This document shows positions 36,171 through 46,058 of a stretch of 59,561 bases of DNA, piece by piece. The notes below the pieces were generated by a model, which had not been told where the DNA came from, made no database searches, and saw nothing but the letters and a program-made list of their open reading frames with translations. This stretch comes from a virus. Lineage: Duplodnaviria; Caudoviricetes. Position 1 is the stretch's first letter. Every line of letters starts with the position of its first letter. The DNA lies in IMG/VR virus record IMGVR_UViG_3300034160_000048, positions 1 to 59,561 of that record; one strand, 5' to 3'. Made by a program: the position numbers and the translations under genes.

Positions 36171-36198
36171 ACATCCTCTCTAAGTTTACGGCACGCCG

Positions 36199-36921
36199 CT
36201 ACCACAGGATATCCGTGGTGTGGTCGTAGTGCCCGGCTTTGACGCGAGTATCGCAACAAAACTTGAATCCTTCCTTGCCGGCCCTCTCGTAGAAATAGAG
36301 GTCCTGCGTGTAGACTTTGGAGCCGCTCGCCGGGTCCCAGCGCTGTTCGGTGACGAACCACGGCTTGGCAACCTTCTTGAACATCTCCATCTTGAAGAGG
36401 TTGAACCCCATCCCGAGCCCGTACGTCGGATGGAAAGTGTTATCCATCGGGGGCTGCGGGCGGAAGTTAACGACCTTGTCGTTGATGTCGCCGTAGATCA
36501 TCGGCTGACCCAATTCACCCTTGGTCCAGTATAGGGCCCCGGCGACATCATACTGCCCCATTGCCTCGTACAGCTTCAGCAGGCCGTCGGGCGGGGGGAT
36601 AACGTCGTCCTCCCATGTGAGCATGTACTTGTAGTCGGGGAGGTTGGTGAGGATCCAGTCGACTGCCCAATTGTAGGCCGCCCCTACTTCCATGCCCGCC
36701 GCGAAAATCGGGCCCACCACCCGGTTGTTCATCGGGCGAATCACGGACTGCAGCGAGTTGACGAAGCGGGGAGTCAGGCACGGCCCGCCCCGGGTTGGCA
36801 CCACGATCACAGTGGACAGATCTTTGTAGATCTGCCCCGCTTCCAGCCTCGCGACCGAGGCCGCGATGTTGGAGTTGTTGCGCCCTTCGACGTTTTCAGG
36901 GAAAAGAACTTGGGGATTCAC
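36199..36921 (-). CDS. GT-A fold glycosyltransferase (GT2-like)
   Basis: IVVPTRG, WEDDVIPP (DxD-like), GMGFNLFKMEMF, QDLYF, D..VKAGH. Confidence 0.8.
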   Translation of the reverse strand: MNPQVLFPENVEGRNNSNIAASVARLEAGQIYKDLSTVIVVPTRGGPCLTPRFVNSLQSVIRPMNNRVVGPIFAAGMEVGAAYNWAVDWILTNLPDYKYMLTWEDDVIPPPDGLLKLYEAMGQYDVAGALYWTKGELGQPMIYGDINDKVVNFRPQPPMDNTFHPTYGLGMGFNLFKMEMFKKVAKPWFVTEQRWDPASGSKVYTQDLYFYERAGKEGFKFCCDTRVKAGHYDHTTDILW

Positions 36922-36933
36922 AAAATACCTCTT

Positions 36934-37638
36934 TTAAGCTTGTATCCAGGCAATTGAAATGCCGCTGCTACTAGGACCTTCTAGCACCAATATCGCGCCA
37001 ATTGTGTCGTGAATCGCAGGATCATTTACTACCCACGTAGCCGTGAACGCCCCACCAGACCCTAATAGTCGATGGCATGCCTGCGTCGGCAGGTTGACCG
37101 AGCCGTTCGTGTACTGGCCGTCATCAGTAAACCCTGATGGTACTGTCGAGAAGATAGTCGTTGAGCCAACTGTGTTCTCATGCGAACGAATTGCAAATGC
37201 TGCATCGCCAGAAACAGGGGCAGACGGAGAAGTACCAGACGACAACGAAAGAGTGGTTGACGAAGAGATCTGCTGGACTTTCGCAGTTGTCCTTGTAGCT
37301 GGAGTAGCAGGACCGCCCGAGTACTTCCAGATGTACAGAAGCCCGTCTGTTCCACCCGTGACAGTCGGGGGCGTAATGACATGGGACCCACCAGCGCAAT
37401 TCTTCTGCACATAGAAGCCGCCATAGCAGCTACTGCTATCTGAATACGCTACAAACGAGTTTGTTTCTTTGGTGAACGTACCTGCCGAGTCTGTCATCGC
37501 GCTGAGATCGGAGAAATTGATTCCCGTGAACGCAGCTATCAACGTGTCCCCAGCGGCAATTGTATTCGTTAGGGACCCAGTGATCGTGTTCCACGATCCG
37601 GTGCTTTCACCGAAGTACAGCAGTGTGACGGTCGCCAC
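36934..37638 (-). CDS. Ser/Thr-rich beta-sandwich virion protein
   Basis: AAGDTLIAA repeat-like domains, S/T rich, in structural operon. Confidence 0.6.
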   Translation of the reverse strand: MATVTLLYFGESTGSWNTITGSLTNTIAAGDTLIAAFTGINFSDLSAMTDSAGTFTKETNSFVAYSDSSSCYGGFYVQKNCAGGSHVITPPTVTGGTDGLLYIWKYSGGPATPATRTTAKVQQISSSTTLSLSSGTSPSAPVSGDAAFAIRSHENTVGSTTIFSTVPSGFTDDGQYTNGSVNLPTQACHRLLGSGGAFTATWVVNDPAIHDTIGAILVLEGPSSSGISIAWIQA

Positions 37639-39518
37639 TACGTTGTCCTCTCGTATGCGCCGCGATCATGGGTTGAGTTCACGGGCGCTGCATTCAGCGC
37701 GAACCCGTAGCTACGCGTGACGCCTGACGGGCTGCTGCCCGTATCCACGCAGGGACTGGCAAGCTGCAACGTGAAGTCGCCGGTTGCGGCATTCGTGAAC
37801 AGCGGATTGCCGTAGGCGCCCGCGCTGTCGCCTGCGGGCTTCGTGGTCAACCGACCGTCGGGGTCGTACCACTGGTTATCGTTAAGGACTTCGCCACCAG
37901 CGAGTGAATCGAAGTCGTAGCCGTTGGCCGAGTGAGACGGCGTTTGCATGAAGATGTTGTTTTCGATGCGGACGCGGCCACTCGTGACCGTCGCCTCGTT
38001 GCGGACAGCGAATTGCCCACTCACCCGGCCCCACCCGTAGATGGTGTTGTTCGTCACCGTGATTTCATTCGCCACTGTAGGCGCAATGCTCTGCATGTGA
38101 ATGCCGTCAACGCCCGCGTCCTCGATGACGTTGTTGTACGCCACGACGCCTTGCGTGTTGTTCGAGATATTCAGCCCGTGCTTGCTTGTCGTCTTGATCC
38201 AGTTATAGGCCACGGTGTTGTTGCGCATCCCGGCACCGTTCGCGCCGTCGTAGAACTGGATGCCGTTGCCGAAGGTCATGTTGTAGATGTAGTTGAACGC
38301 GAGAATGTTCCCGTTCGCGACGTTCCCGCTGCCGGTATCGAACCCATCCATGTAGAACCCGTGCTGGGTGTCAGCCTCTGACCCCGCGCCGTAGATGTCG
38401 TGGATGTAGTTGCCGTAGAAACGGCCATTGACGGGGCTTCCTTCAATCCCCGCCGAACGTCCCTGACTCGTGGTGCTGACCGTACTCGGCCAAGTCGCCT
38501 CGCAATTGATGATGCGCCAATACTGCCCGTGGTTCTGCGTGTTGAACGGCGCTCGGTCGCTGCCCGCAGCCGCCGCAGGGTTCACTTTCAGATTGCTGAT
38601 CTGAATGTACTGGCACCATCCAATAGTCCCGCCGCCGCCATAGGCGGTAACCGACGCTGTCGCGTTGTTGCCGTCGTTGCCGTTGAACCCGCCGTTGTCA
38701 CCAGACCCGACCCACGCCACAACCTCGGGGGAGTTCGCGCCCGCTGCGCCGGGGTAGCTCGTGACGACAATCGGCCCACGATCTGTTGCGCCGGTCGCGG
38801 GCCTGCCGGTGATCTTGTAAAGATCCACCCACCGATTGTTCAGCCCGGTCGCGCTGTAGGTGCCGGCGCGCAAGATGACATGCGTGCCCGGCTTCGCGCC
38901 ATCCTCGCCCGCATTGTCGCTGACATTTGCGCCATTCCACGGCAACGCGCCGCTCTTGCCGCCGCTGTTCTGGAGTTCCAGCTTCGGAGAAGTGATCGTA
39001 CCCGCGTTCGCGTTATTCGCCGTGCCGCCGATGCTGTCCTTGTCCACGAAGATGATGCTGCCGGGCTGCGGCGTGAACGTGATCACCTCTGCGAACAGAT
39101 CCACGTACTTGCCGCTACTGGTGCTGTTACCCGGACTCGTTCCGCCGACCGTCACGCTGACTGCGTAGGCAGTGCCAGCGCTCAGTCCAGTAAGCGCACC
39201 GACCTGCACGGTCAGCCTCTTGACGCCCAAGGCATTGAGCTTCGCGTTGACCGTATTCGTCAAGCAGCGATAGTTATCAACGTTCACACCGCCGATGGTC
39301 ACGAAGTTCGTCGTGCCGTAGTCGCTGAAGTTGCCGAAGTTGGTGCCGTAGATCGAGAGATAACAGCCCTTGCTGTTCTCGCCCCCGGTCACCGGGCCGG
39401 CTGTGATGTCGGTGTACAGGATGAACGGCGCAGATCCGCCGCCCCCACCGCTCGCGCTCGACCACACCCCGCCGCCGGCCTTGCCGAGCACGTTGCCGCC
39501 TAATAGGTAAATACCCAT
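37638..39518 (-). CDS. IPT/Ig-like plus parallel beta-helix (pectin-lyase-like) protein, possible depolymerase or spike
   Basis: LSIYGTNFG, GNYIHDI, NNTIY, NNIF, NPLFTN....DFTLQ..SPCVD.G. Confidence 0.75.
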   Translation of the reverse strand: MGIYLLGGNVLGKAGGGVWSSASGGGGGSAPFILYTDITAGPVTGGENSKGCYLSIYGTNFGNFSDYGTTNFVTIGGVNVDNYRCLTNTVNAKLNALGVKRLTVQVGALTGLSAGTAYAVSVTVGGTSPGNSTSSGKYVDLFAEVITFTPQPGSIIFVDKDSIGGTANNANAGTITSPKLELQNSGGKSGALPWNGANVSDNAGEDGAKPGTHVILRAGTYSATGLNNRWVDLYKITGRPATGATDRGPIVVTSYPGAAGANSPEVVAWVGSGDNGGFNGNDGNNATASVTAYGGGGTIGWCQYIQISNLKVNPAAAAGSDRAPFNTQNHGQYWRIINCEATWPSTVSTTSQGRSAGIEGSPVNGRFYGNYIHDIYGAGSEADTQHGFYMDGFDTGSGNVANGNILAFNYIYNMTFGNGIQFYDGANGAGMRNNTVAYNWIKTTSKHGLNISNNTQGVVAYNNVIEDAGVDGIHMQSIAPTVANEITVTNNTIYGWGRVSGQFAVRNEATVTSGRVRIENNIFMQTPSHSANGYDFDSLAGGEVLNDNQWYDPDGRLTTKPAGDSAGAYGNPLFTNAATGDFTLQLASPCVDTGSSPSGVTRSYGFALNAAPVNSTHDRGAYERTT

Positions 39519-39524
39519 CGTCGA

Positions 39525-39644
39525 TCAGCCGAACGCGACGACGGCCATCAGGACCACGACGAGGACGAGGATGGCAATGGCGGCCTCGCGGACATGCGCT
39601 CCGACGTAGGTGGCGACCTTGTCGATGATTTCTCTACCGGTCAT
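39525..39644 (-). CDS. 39-aa single-TM membrane peptide (below ORF-track cutoff)
   Basis: GAGGAG RBS; MTGREIIDKVATYVGAHVREAAIAILVLVVVLMAVVAFG. Confidence 0.6.
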   Translation of the reverse strand: MTGREIIDKVATYVGAHVREAAIAILVLVVVLMAVVAFG

Positions 39645-39656
39645 TTTACATCTCCT

Positions 39657-42600
39657 CTAGTAATCAAAATTAAGCCAAGGGCGAGCGCGGCTGACCTGCA
39701 GCGACGCCTGGGAAACTGCATAACTTGCCATCATGCCGCCAGTGGTGGCCGAGTAGTAGCGGGCATCCTGATCCTCGATGACCGAAACGTTAGACGCAAA
39801 AATTGTGCTTACAAAAACACGACCCCATGACAGATTTGACTGGTTGGTCATCACAAGGAAAGACTGCCTGAACGCACCAGTATTGCCAACCGAAGCGGTG
39901 CTGACCCTGAAGCCAACGTGGTATTTGGAGCCGGCATGTAGAGTGGTCGCGAAGGGCAAATAAAAGTGCTTCTGACCCGTCAGGGACGAGATGAAGCCAG
40001 TGCCGGCGGAACTCACTGTGTAGCTGCCAGTGCCCTGCGAGATCGTAAGACCTCCGCTAAGGTTACTCGAAAACGAAGCCTGTATGACCATCTGCGAAGT
40101 TGAAATAGACTCGTACTGCGTACTGCTCGCGCCTGCGCCTGCCTTATATAGGCCATACTGGATTGTCTGACCAACTGAATGACTAACGCTGGACGACGCG
40201 TTGTTGAAGCTGCAAGCCATTTCGATAGCTGACACGGCCGCGTTGTCCGGGGGGAACACGGGGAAGTAATACATCGTGTTATGGCCGTAGCTAGAGTAAG
40301 CAGTATTATTGCCTAGCGGCCACGGCTCCCACACACTAGCGACGGGCTCGGCGTATCCAATACTAATGGTGGAGCCATTAGTACTAATCGAAAGATCGCC
40401 CGTGGCCGACAAGGAGGAAGAAGCTGGGGCGCTAAAATTAATGACGCTGCCATTCGTGCCTGACAAGGTGACGTTGATGCCACTATAGCCGATGGTCGAA
40501 CCGCTGGCCGTTGTGTTGCCGGCAGTGTTGGCCCCAAGGAGGTTAATCCAGTTGTTTTCGGCAGCAGCACCGGGGGCCGCGACCGACGCCGTGATTATGC
40601 CACCAACGCTGGTTCCGAATGTGACATTATTGGCGTTGCTGAATCCAAGGGTTGTGAAACTGAAAGAACCGTTGGATGCCGACGCTACTGGGGTTACACC
40701 GCCCCCGCCGGCCCCAGCGCTGATATCAATCCGAATACCGGCAGTGTTGTGGGTGATCGACCCCGACACGTTCGTGCCGTTGAAGGTCGTCGCCGTATTG
40801 CTGAAATACTGCGTAACGGTCGGGACGGTGTAGGACAGGCCCACGCTGCCTGCGGTGTTCGTGAACGTCGCACCGTTGCCGTTATTGAACGCCAGCGTCT
40901 GGAAGGCGCTCGAGCCTCCCGACGCGCTAAACGCCTGATTACTTTGGGTGGCCGACAGGAGGAGCGAGCCGCCCGACAGGCCAACCGACACAATGCCCTG
41001 ACCAACAACCGACATCGACCGGATGTCGTAACTGCTAGACGAAGACTGCCCCGTGGTCTGGCTACTTGCATACAGGCCACCCGGCTGGACCCCCATCGAA
41101 ATTGTTGAGCCGTTGGCGCTGATCGAAAGAGCACCCGTGACCGACAAAGATGAAGTCGCAGGGGCCCCGATTGAAAGCGTCATTGACCCCGCATTGGTCG
41201 AGCCTGATAGGGTGATATTAGCACCGCCCGCCAGAATGAGGCGACCAGTGACAGCACCAGTATCACCAGAAGTATTGCCGCCGGTCGAGACACCCGCTGT
41301 ATAACCCGCGCCGCCGCCCGCGCCGCCTGAAATGATGTAGGTGCCGCCACTGAGGCCGACCGACACTCCGCCCGCGCCCGAGAAAGTGATCGACCGGGCG
41401 TCAACCGTGGACGACGAGGATTGGCCGGTCGTATTACCGACACCATACAGACCTACGGTCTGGACTGTCTGCGGCGTGGTGGTCTGGCCACTAATAAGGT
41501 ACGAGCCGCCCGACAAGCCGACAGAAACACCACCGGAGCCCACAAAAGTGAGCGATCGGGCGTCAATGGTGGAACTGGACGACTGGCCATAAGTTTGGGA
41601 AGAGCCGTACAAGCCCAGCGACTGCGCCGACTGTGCAGGCACTGTATACGACGCCGTGATCTGATTTGATCCCGACATGCCGAAGCTGATGCCGTTGGAG
41701 TTGGCAAAAGCTACGGTGCCGGTTGACACACTCTGCGTGCCCGCCGAAAGTCCGACCCCACCGCCAGCTCCCGGGGCGGCGACACTGATCGCAAGACCAT
41801 TGCTATTGAGAGTGATACTCGCATTGGTGGCACTAGTGCCAACGCCTGCGTAATTTCGGGCATCGAGACTGATGCCAGCACTATTGACGGTCCAAGTAAC
41901 GTTTGACTGCGCGGTAGCAAGACCAACCGCATCCGTCGAGGCGCGGGCCGTGGTCAGTCCGTTATGGCTCGCCGTAATGACCGAACTGTTGGACATCCCG
42001 AACGTGATGCCGTTCGCATTGTTGAATAGGACTGTACCAGTCGTCGCCGCAGTTTGTGTGCCCGCCGCAAGAATATTGTACCCATCCGCCCCACCGCCAC
42101 TGGGGGCGACCGACAACGACAACGACAGACCCTGCGAATTATGGGTCATCGAGCCAGATACGTTGGCCCCTGTGAAACCCGTAGCGGTGCCCGCATAACC
42201 GCGTGCATCGATGCTGATTCCGGAACTATTGGCGGTCCAAGTGACGTTCGACTGAGCCGTGTTCAGGCCGATAGCGTCAGTGGAAGCACGTGCCGTCGTG
42301 ATCCCGTTGTGCGAGGCCGTGATGATGCCCGCACTTGCACCCGTGCCCAACCCGAAGCTGATCCCGTTAGAATTACTAAAAGTAACCGTCTGGAAGGTGT
42401 TAGAGACGGTACCCGCTGAAATCCCGATCGGAGCTGCCGCAACCGAAGCACCGATAATGCTAATTGTGCTGCCAGCGGTCGATACCGTAATGTTTGCGCC
42501 CGCCACAAGACTCGAAGTCGCGGGGGCGTTAATCGAAATGGTGGCGTTGCTACCACTACTCGACTGGCTCAGGCTGATCGGACCACTGCCGACCAGCACC

Positions 42601-45167
42601 ACATTACCGGTAGACACCATGCCGGTCGTACCAGCGGTGTTGCCCATCGTGGAGAGGCCAATCCCAACTCCGCCACCCCCGCCGCCAACGACAGACGCCG
42701 TGATCGTTGAACCGTTGAGGCCGAACGACACGCCGTTAGAATTGCTGAGTACCAGCGACCCGAGCGACGCCGAGTTGGCGCCAGCAGAGAACACCGGGTT
42801 GCCCGCACCTGCGCCGCCACTGACCGTGATGGTCATGCTGTTGCCGTTGGTGCTACCACTCAAGGTGATGTTTGCGCCGCCCGCTAACACGAACTGGCCC
42901 GTGGCAAGCCCGGTATTGCCCGCCGTGTTGCCGTTGGTCGACATACCGACCGATAACTGCGTGAACACGGTGGGGTCGGGCGTACTGAGCAGCAAGGAGC
43001 CGTTCGATGTTCCGATCGAAAGAATGCCGTAACCACGCATCTGGACCGATGATAGCGGGAAAGTACCGCTGCTATTTACAGTCGTGTTGCCTGCTGCGTA
43101 AATTGTCTCAGTAGCTACTCCGCCACCGGCTCCGACCGACATCGAGAGAGCGAGGCCAGCGGTGTTGTGTGTGATCGAGGCGCTGATGTTTGCGCCAGTA
43201 AAACCGCTGGTCGTACCCGCGTACCCGGCGGCATTGAAGCTCAACCCGGCGCTATTCACCGTCCAGGTAACGTTTGTCTGGGCCGTGTTGAGTCCGATCG
43301 CGTCGGTCGAGGCCCGCGCCGTCGTGATGCCGTTGTGCGAGCCCGTGATAATACCAGCACTCGCGCCCGTGCCCAGCCCGAAGCTAATGCCGTTGGAGTT
43401 GCTGAACGTAACGGTCTGGAACGTGTTGGAGACGGTACCCGCCGAGATACCAACAGGCGCGGCGGCAACCGACGCACCAATGATCGAGATGGTGCTGCCG
43501 GCGGTTGAAACCGTGATGTTTGCGCCCGCGACAAGACTCGACGTAGCGGGAGCGTTAATCGAAATCGTGGCGTTGCTACCGCTGCTCGACTGGCTGAGGC
43601 TGATGGGGCCAGTGCCTACAAACACCACGTTACCGGTACTAACCGTGCCGGTTGTGCCTGCCGTGTTGCCCATAGAGGACACACCAACACCGACGCCGCC
43701 GCCTCCGCCACCCGCACCGCCGACAACCGAAATCGTCATCGACCCCGCGTTGGTACTGCCGCTCAGGGTAATGTTTGCGCCGCCCGCCAGCACCAATTGA
43801 CCAGTAGCAAGACCAGTGGTACCCGCCGTGTTGCCACCAGTGGACATACCGACCGACAGCTGCGTAAACACAGTCGGGTCGGGAGTAGACAAGAGCAGGG
43901 AGCCGTTGGAGGTGCCCAGCGACAGAATGCCATACCCGCGCATGACCACCGACGACAGCGGGATAGTGCCGCTGCTGTTGACCGTCGTATTGCCGGTCGC
44001 GTAGATAGTCTCGGTCGCCGCGCCCGGGGCCCCCACGCTGATGGCCAGCCCGGCACTATTCAGGGTAATGCTGGCATTGGTCGCACTAGTGCCGGTACCC
44101 GCGTAGCCAGCGGCATTGAGGCTCAGTCCCGAACTGTTAACCGTCCAGGTAACATTCGTCTGCGCGGTGTTGAGCCCAACTGCATCAGTCGAAGCACGAG
44201 CCGTAGTCAGGGCGTTGTGGCTCGCCGTCATGATCGAGCCATTGACGGCATCTAGTCCGAAGCTGACTCCGTTGAGGTTCGAAAATAAGACAACACTATT
44301 ACTGCCCGCTGTCCTTGTGCCAGCTGCAAGCGTATTGCCGCCATCGCCAGCTCCGCCCCCGGAGGGTACGGAGATAATAACTTCTCCGGCACTAAGCCCG
44401 ACGGAAGCCACGCCCATGCCACGGAAAGTAAGCGACCGTGCGTCGACAGTAGACGAAGAAGATTGGCCGGTGGTGTTGCTGGATCCATAAATGCCAACGG
44501 TCTGAGCCGACTGAGTGGGGACCGTATAGCTGGCAGTTATCGTCGAAGCGTTGCCACCGAAGGTGATGCCGTTGCTGTTGGCAAAACTTATGGCGCCCGT
44601 GCTGCCCTGCACGGACACGGTGTTTTGAGTCTGCACGGACTGAGCGGGATACGAGGCAGAACCCGTAACAACACCCGCAGCGAGCCCGAAGCTAACGTTG
44701 TTCGAATTCGAAAATGTGACGGCGGATAGGGCCGCAGTGGTCGTGCCCGCCGACAGGGCGATGGCTGAGATCAGGCCAACAATAGAAGGAACTGTGTAGC
44801 TTGCGGTAACTTGCGAGCTGCCCGACATGCCGAAGCTGATGCCGTTGGAGTCCGCAAACTTGACCGTACCGGTCGAAACACTCTGCGTGCCCGCCGACAT
44901 CGCGACGCCGCCCGCGCCGGCTGCGGCGCTGGCAGTAATGGTGTTGCCGGCTATGCCGAACGACACCCCGTTGGAATTCGAGAAAACGATCTGCGGGCCG
45001 GTAGCTGTACCCGCGCCCGCACTAAGCGATACGATGCCACCGCCCGCTCCACCGGGGGGCGACCACGAAGCCGCGTAATCATCCGTGGCGGTTTTCGCCA
45101 GCACGTAGCCGACGTCGCCACCCGGAGGAAGGAAAACCTCAACGATTCCGCCGGAGCCGATTGCCAT
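39657..45167 (-). CDS. giant (1836 aa) Ser/Thr/Gly-rich repetitive fibre protein
   Basis: About ten FSNSNG(I/V)SFG-type repeats, AGANITLSGST repeats, very few charged residues. Confidence 0.8.
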   Translation of the reverse strand: MAIGSGGIVEVFLPPGGDVGYVLAKTATDDYAASWSPPGGAGGGIVSLSAGAGTATGPQIVFSNSNGVSFGIAGNTITASAAAGAGGVAMSAGTQSVSTGTVKFADSNGISFGMSGSSQVTASYTVPSIVGLISAIALSAGTTTAALSAVTFSNSNNVSFGLAAGVVTGSASYPAQSVQTQNTVSVQGSTGAISFANSNGITFGGNASTITASYTVPTQSAQTVGIYGSSNTTGQSSSSTVDARSLTFRGMGVASVGLSAGEVIISVPSGGGAGDGGNTLAAGTRTAGSNSVVLFSNLNGVSFGLDAVNGSIMTASHNALTTARASTDAVGLNTAQTNVTWTVNSSGLSLNAAGYAGTGTSATNASITLNSAGLAISVGAPGAATETIYATGNTTVNSSGTIPLSSVVMRGYGILSLGTSNGSLLLSTPDPTVFTQLSVGMSTGGNTAGTTGLATGQLVLAGGANITLSGSTNAGSMTISVVGGAGGGGGGVGVGVSSMGNTAGTTGTVSTGNVVFVGTGPISLSQSSSGSNATISINAPATSSLVAGANITVSTAGSTISIIGASVAAAPVGISAGTVSNTFQTVTFSNSNGISFGLGTGASAGIITGSHNGITTARASTDAIGLNTAQTNVTWTVNSAGLSFNAAGYAGTTSGFTGANISASITHNTAGLALSMSVGAGGGVATETIYAAGNTTVNSSGTFPLSSVQMRGYGILSIGTSNGSLLLSTPDPTVFTQLSVGMSTNGNTAGNTGLATGQFVLAGGANITLSGSTNGNSMTITVSGGAGAGNPVFSAGANSASLGSLVLSNSNGVSFGLNGSTITASVVGGGGGGVGIGLSTMGNTAGTTGMVSTGNVVLVGSGPISLSQSSSGSNATISINAPATSSLVAGANITVSTAGSTISIIGASVAAAPIGISAGTVSNTFQTVTFSNSNGISFGLGTGASAGIITASHNGITTARASTDAIGLNTAQSNVTWTANSSGISIDARGYAGTATGFTGANVSGSMTHNSQGLSLSLSVAPSGGGADGYNILAAGTQTAATTGTVLFNNANGITFGMSNSSVITASHNGLTTARASTDAVGLATAQSNVTWTVNSAGISLDARNYAGVGTSATNASITLNSNGLAISVAAPGAGGGVGLSAGTQSVSTGTVAFANSNGISFGMSGSNQITASYTVPAQSAQSLGLYGSSQTYGQSSSSTIDARSLTFVGSGGVSVGLSGGSYLISGQTTTPQTVQTVGLYGVGNTTGQSSSSTVDARSITFSGAGGVSVGLSGGTYIISGGAGGGAGYTAGVSTGGNTSGDTGAVTGRLILAGGANITLSGSTNAGSMTLSIGAPATSSLSVTGALSISANGSTISMGVQPGGLYASSQTTGQSSSSSYDIRSMSVVGQGIVSVGLSGGSLLLSATQSNQAFSASGGSSAFQTLAFNNGNGATFTNTAGSVGLSYTVPTVTQYFSNTATTFNGTNVSGSITHNTAGIRIDISAGAGGGGVTPVASASNGSFSFTTLGFSNANNVTFGTSVGGIITASVAAPGAAAENNWINLLGANTAGNTTASGSTIGYSGINVTLSGTNGSVINFSAPASSSLSATGDLSISTNGSTISIGYAEPVASVWEPWPLGNNTAYSSYGHNTMYYFPVFPPDNAAVSAIEMACSFNNASSSVSHSVGQTIQYGLYKAGAGASSTQYESISTSQMVIQASFSSNLSGGLTISQGTGSYTVSSAGTGFISSLTGQKHFYLPFATTLHAGSKYHVGFRVSTASVGNTGAFRQSFLVMTNQSNLSWGRVFVSTIFASNVSVIEDQDARYYSATTGGMMASYAVSQASLQVSRARPWLNFDY
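42220..44250 (-). repeat. internal tandem duplication in the giant fibre gene (offset 1026 bp in the best-conserved part)
   Basis: 42481-42590 matches 43507-43616 with mostly third-position differences; outer boundaries approximate. Confidence 0.8.
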
Positions 45168-45173
45168 AGCGGG

Positions 45174-45731
45174 TTAACCTAGGACTGCGCGGAACTGTTC
45201 CTCGGCAGCGCGAAGTGCAGCAACGCGCTCGTTGAGAATTGACTGCTGGGCCAGCAAGTCGGCCAACTGGCCTTTAAGCTTGTCTTCCCAGACCCTAAGG
45301 TTGACTTCCTGATTGGCCACCTCAGCCAACCGCTTGTCAGCACCATCCTTTACCGCCGACGCCGCCGCCAGCCTGCGGTCAGCTTCCGCAAGGATGGCTG
45401 CTGCATCGACACGAGCCGAATTCGAGCGCTGGGCAGCGTTCTCGGTAGTTTGAGCAGCTTGCGCAAGAGCGGAAGCTACGATTGAGTCGCGCTCCTCCTT
45501 GGCCTTGCGATGCTCAGCCTTAGCCGACTCCAACTCGGAATCGATTGACGCCCGGATCTGAAGGATCTCGGACGCGGGGCCGGCGAGAGCGATGACGGCC
45601 TGAGCCTGCGCCTTCTTGTCCTCAAGCTCCTTGTACAAGGCCTGGAGGCGGCCGGAATCGGCCAACAAAGCGGCAACGGCGAGGAAATCGCCGGAACCGC
45701 CACCCGAACCATCTGGACCGACGAGGCTCAT
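45174..45731 (-). CDS. coiled-coil protein
   Basis: Ala/Glu/Lys heptads, ATGA coupling. Confidence 0.7.
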   Translation of the reverse strand: MSLVGPDGSGGGSGDFLAVAALLADSGRLQALYKELEDKKAQAQAVIALAGPASEILQIRASIDSELESAKAEHRKAKEERDSIVASALAQAAQTTENAAQRSNSARVDAAAILAEADRRLAAASAVKDGADKRLAEVANQEVNLRVWEDKLKGQLADLLAQQSILNERVAALRAAEEQFRAVLG

Positions 45732-46054
45732 ACAATGCCCGCCTGATTCACGGTGAGTGAAACGTTGCCACCCGAGCTGATGCTGACATTAAGTCGGCAG
45801 GCACGGGGCGGATACGCATAGTTGCTGTCCGAATTAACCACCTTGCCCACGAGGGTGGGGTGATCAAACCAGACGGCAGTGGCGGGGTTGAAGGTCGGGG
45901 CGAAGACGTCGTCGAAAGTGTGCTCCACTTTGTAAGTCGCAGTCCCGCTGTCGATGGTCGCGCCAAGGGCAGCAGTGGACGGCGACTGGTAATGGTCAAA
46001 AGGAATAGGGGCGCTAACCCCCACTCCCGTTACGGTGACCTTCACCGGGCGCAT
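45728..46054 (-). CDS. small beta-sandwich virion protein
   Basis: YKVEHTFDD...WF.H...NYAYP..A.RL. Confidence 0.7.
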   Translation of the reverse strand: MRPVKVTVTGVGVSAPIPFDHYQSPSTAALGATIDSGTATYKVEHTFDDVFAPTFNPATAVWFDHPTLVGKVVNSDSNYAYPPRACRLNVSISSGGNVSLTVNQAGIV

Positions 46055-46058
46055 GGTC

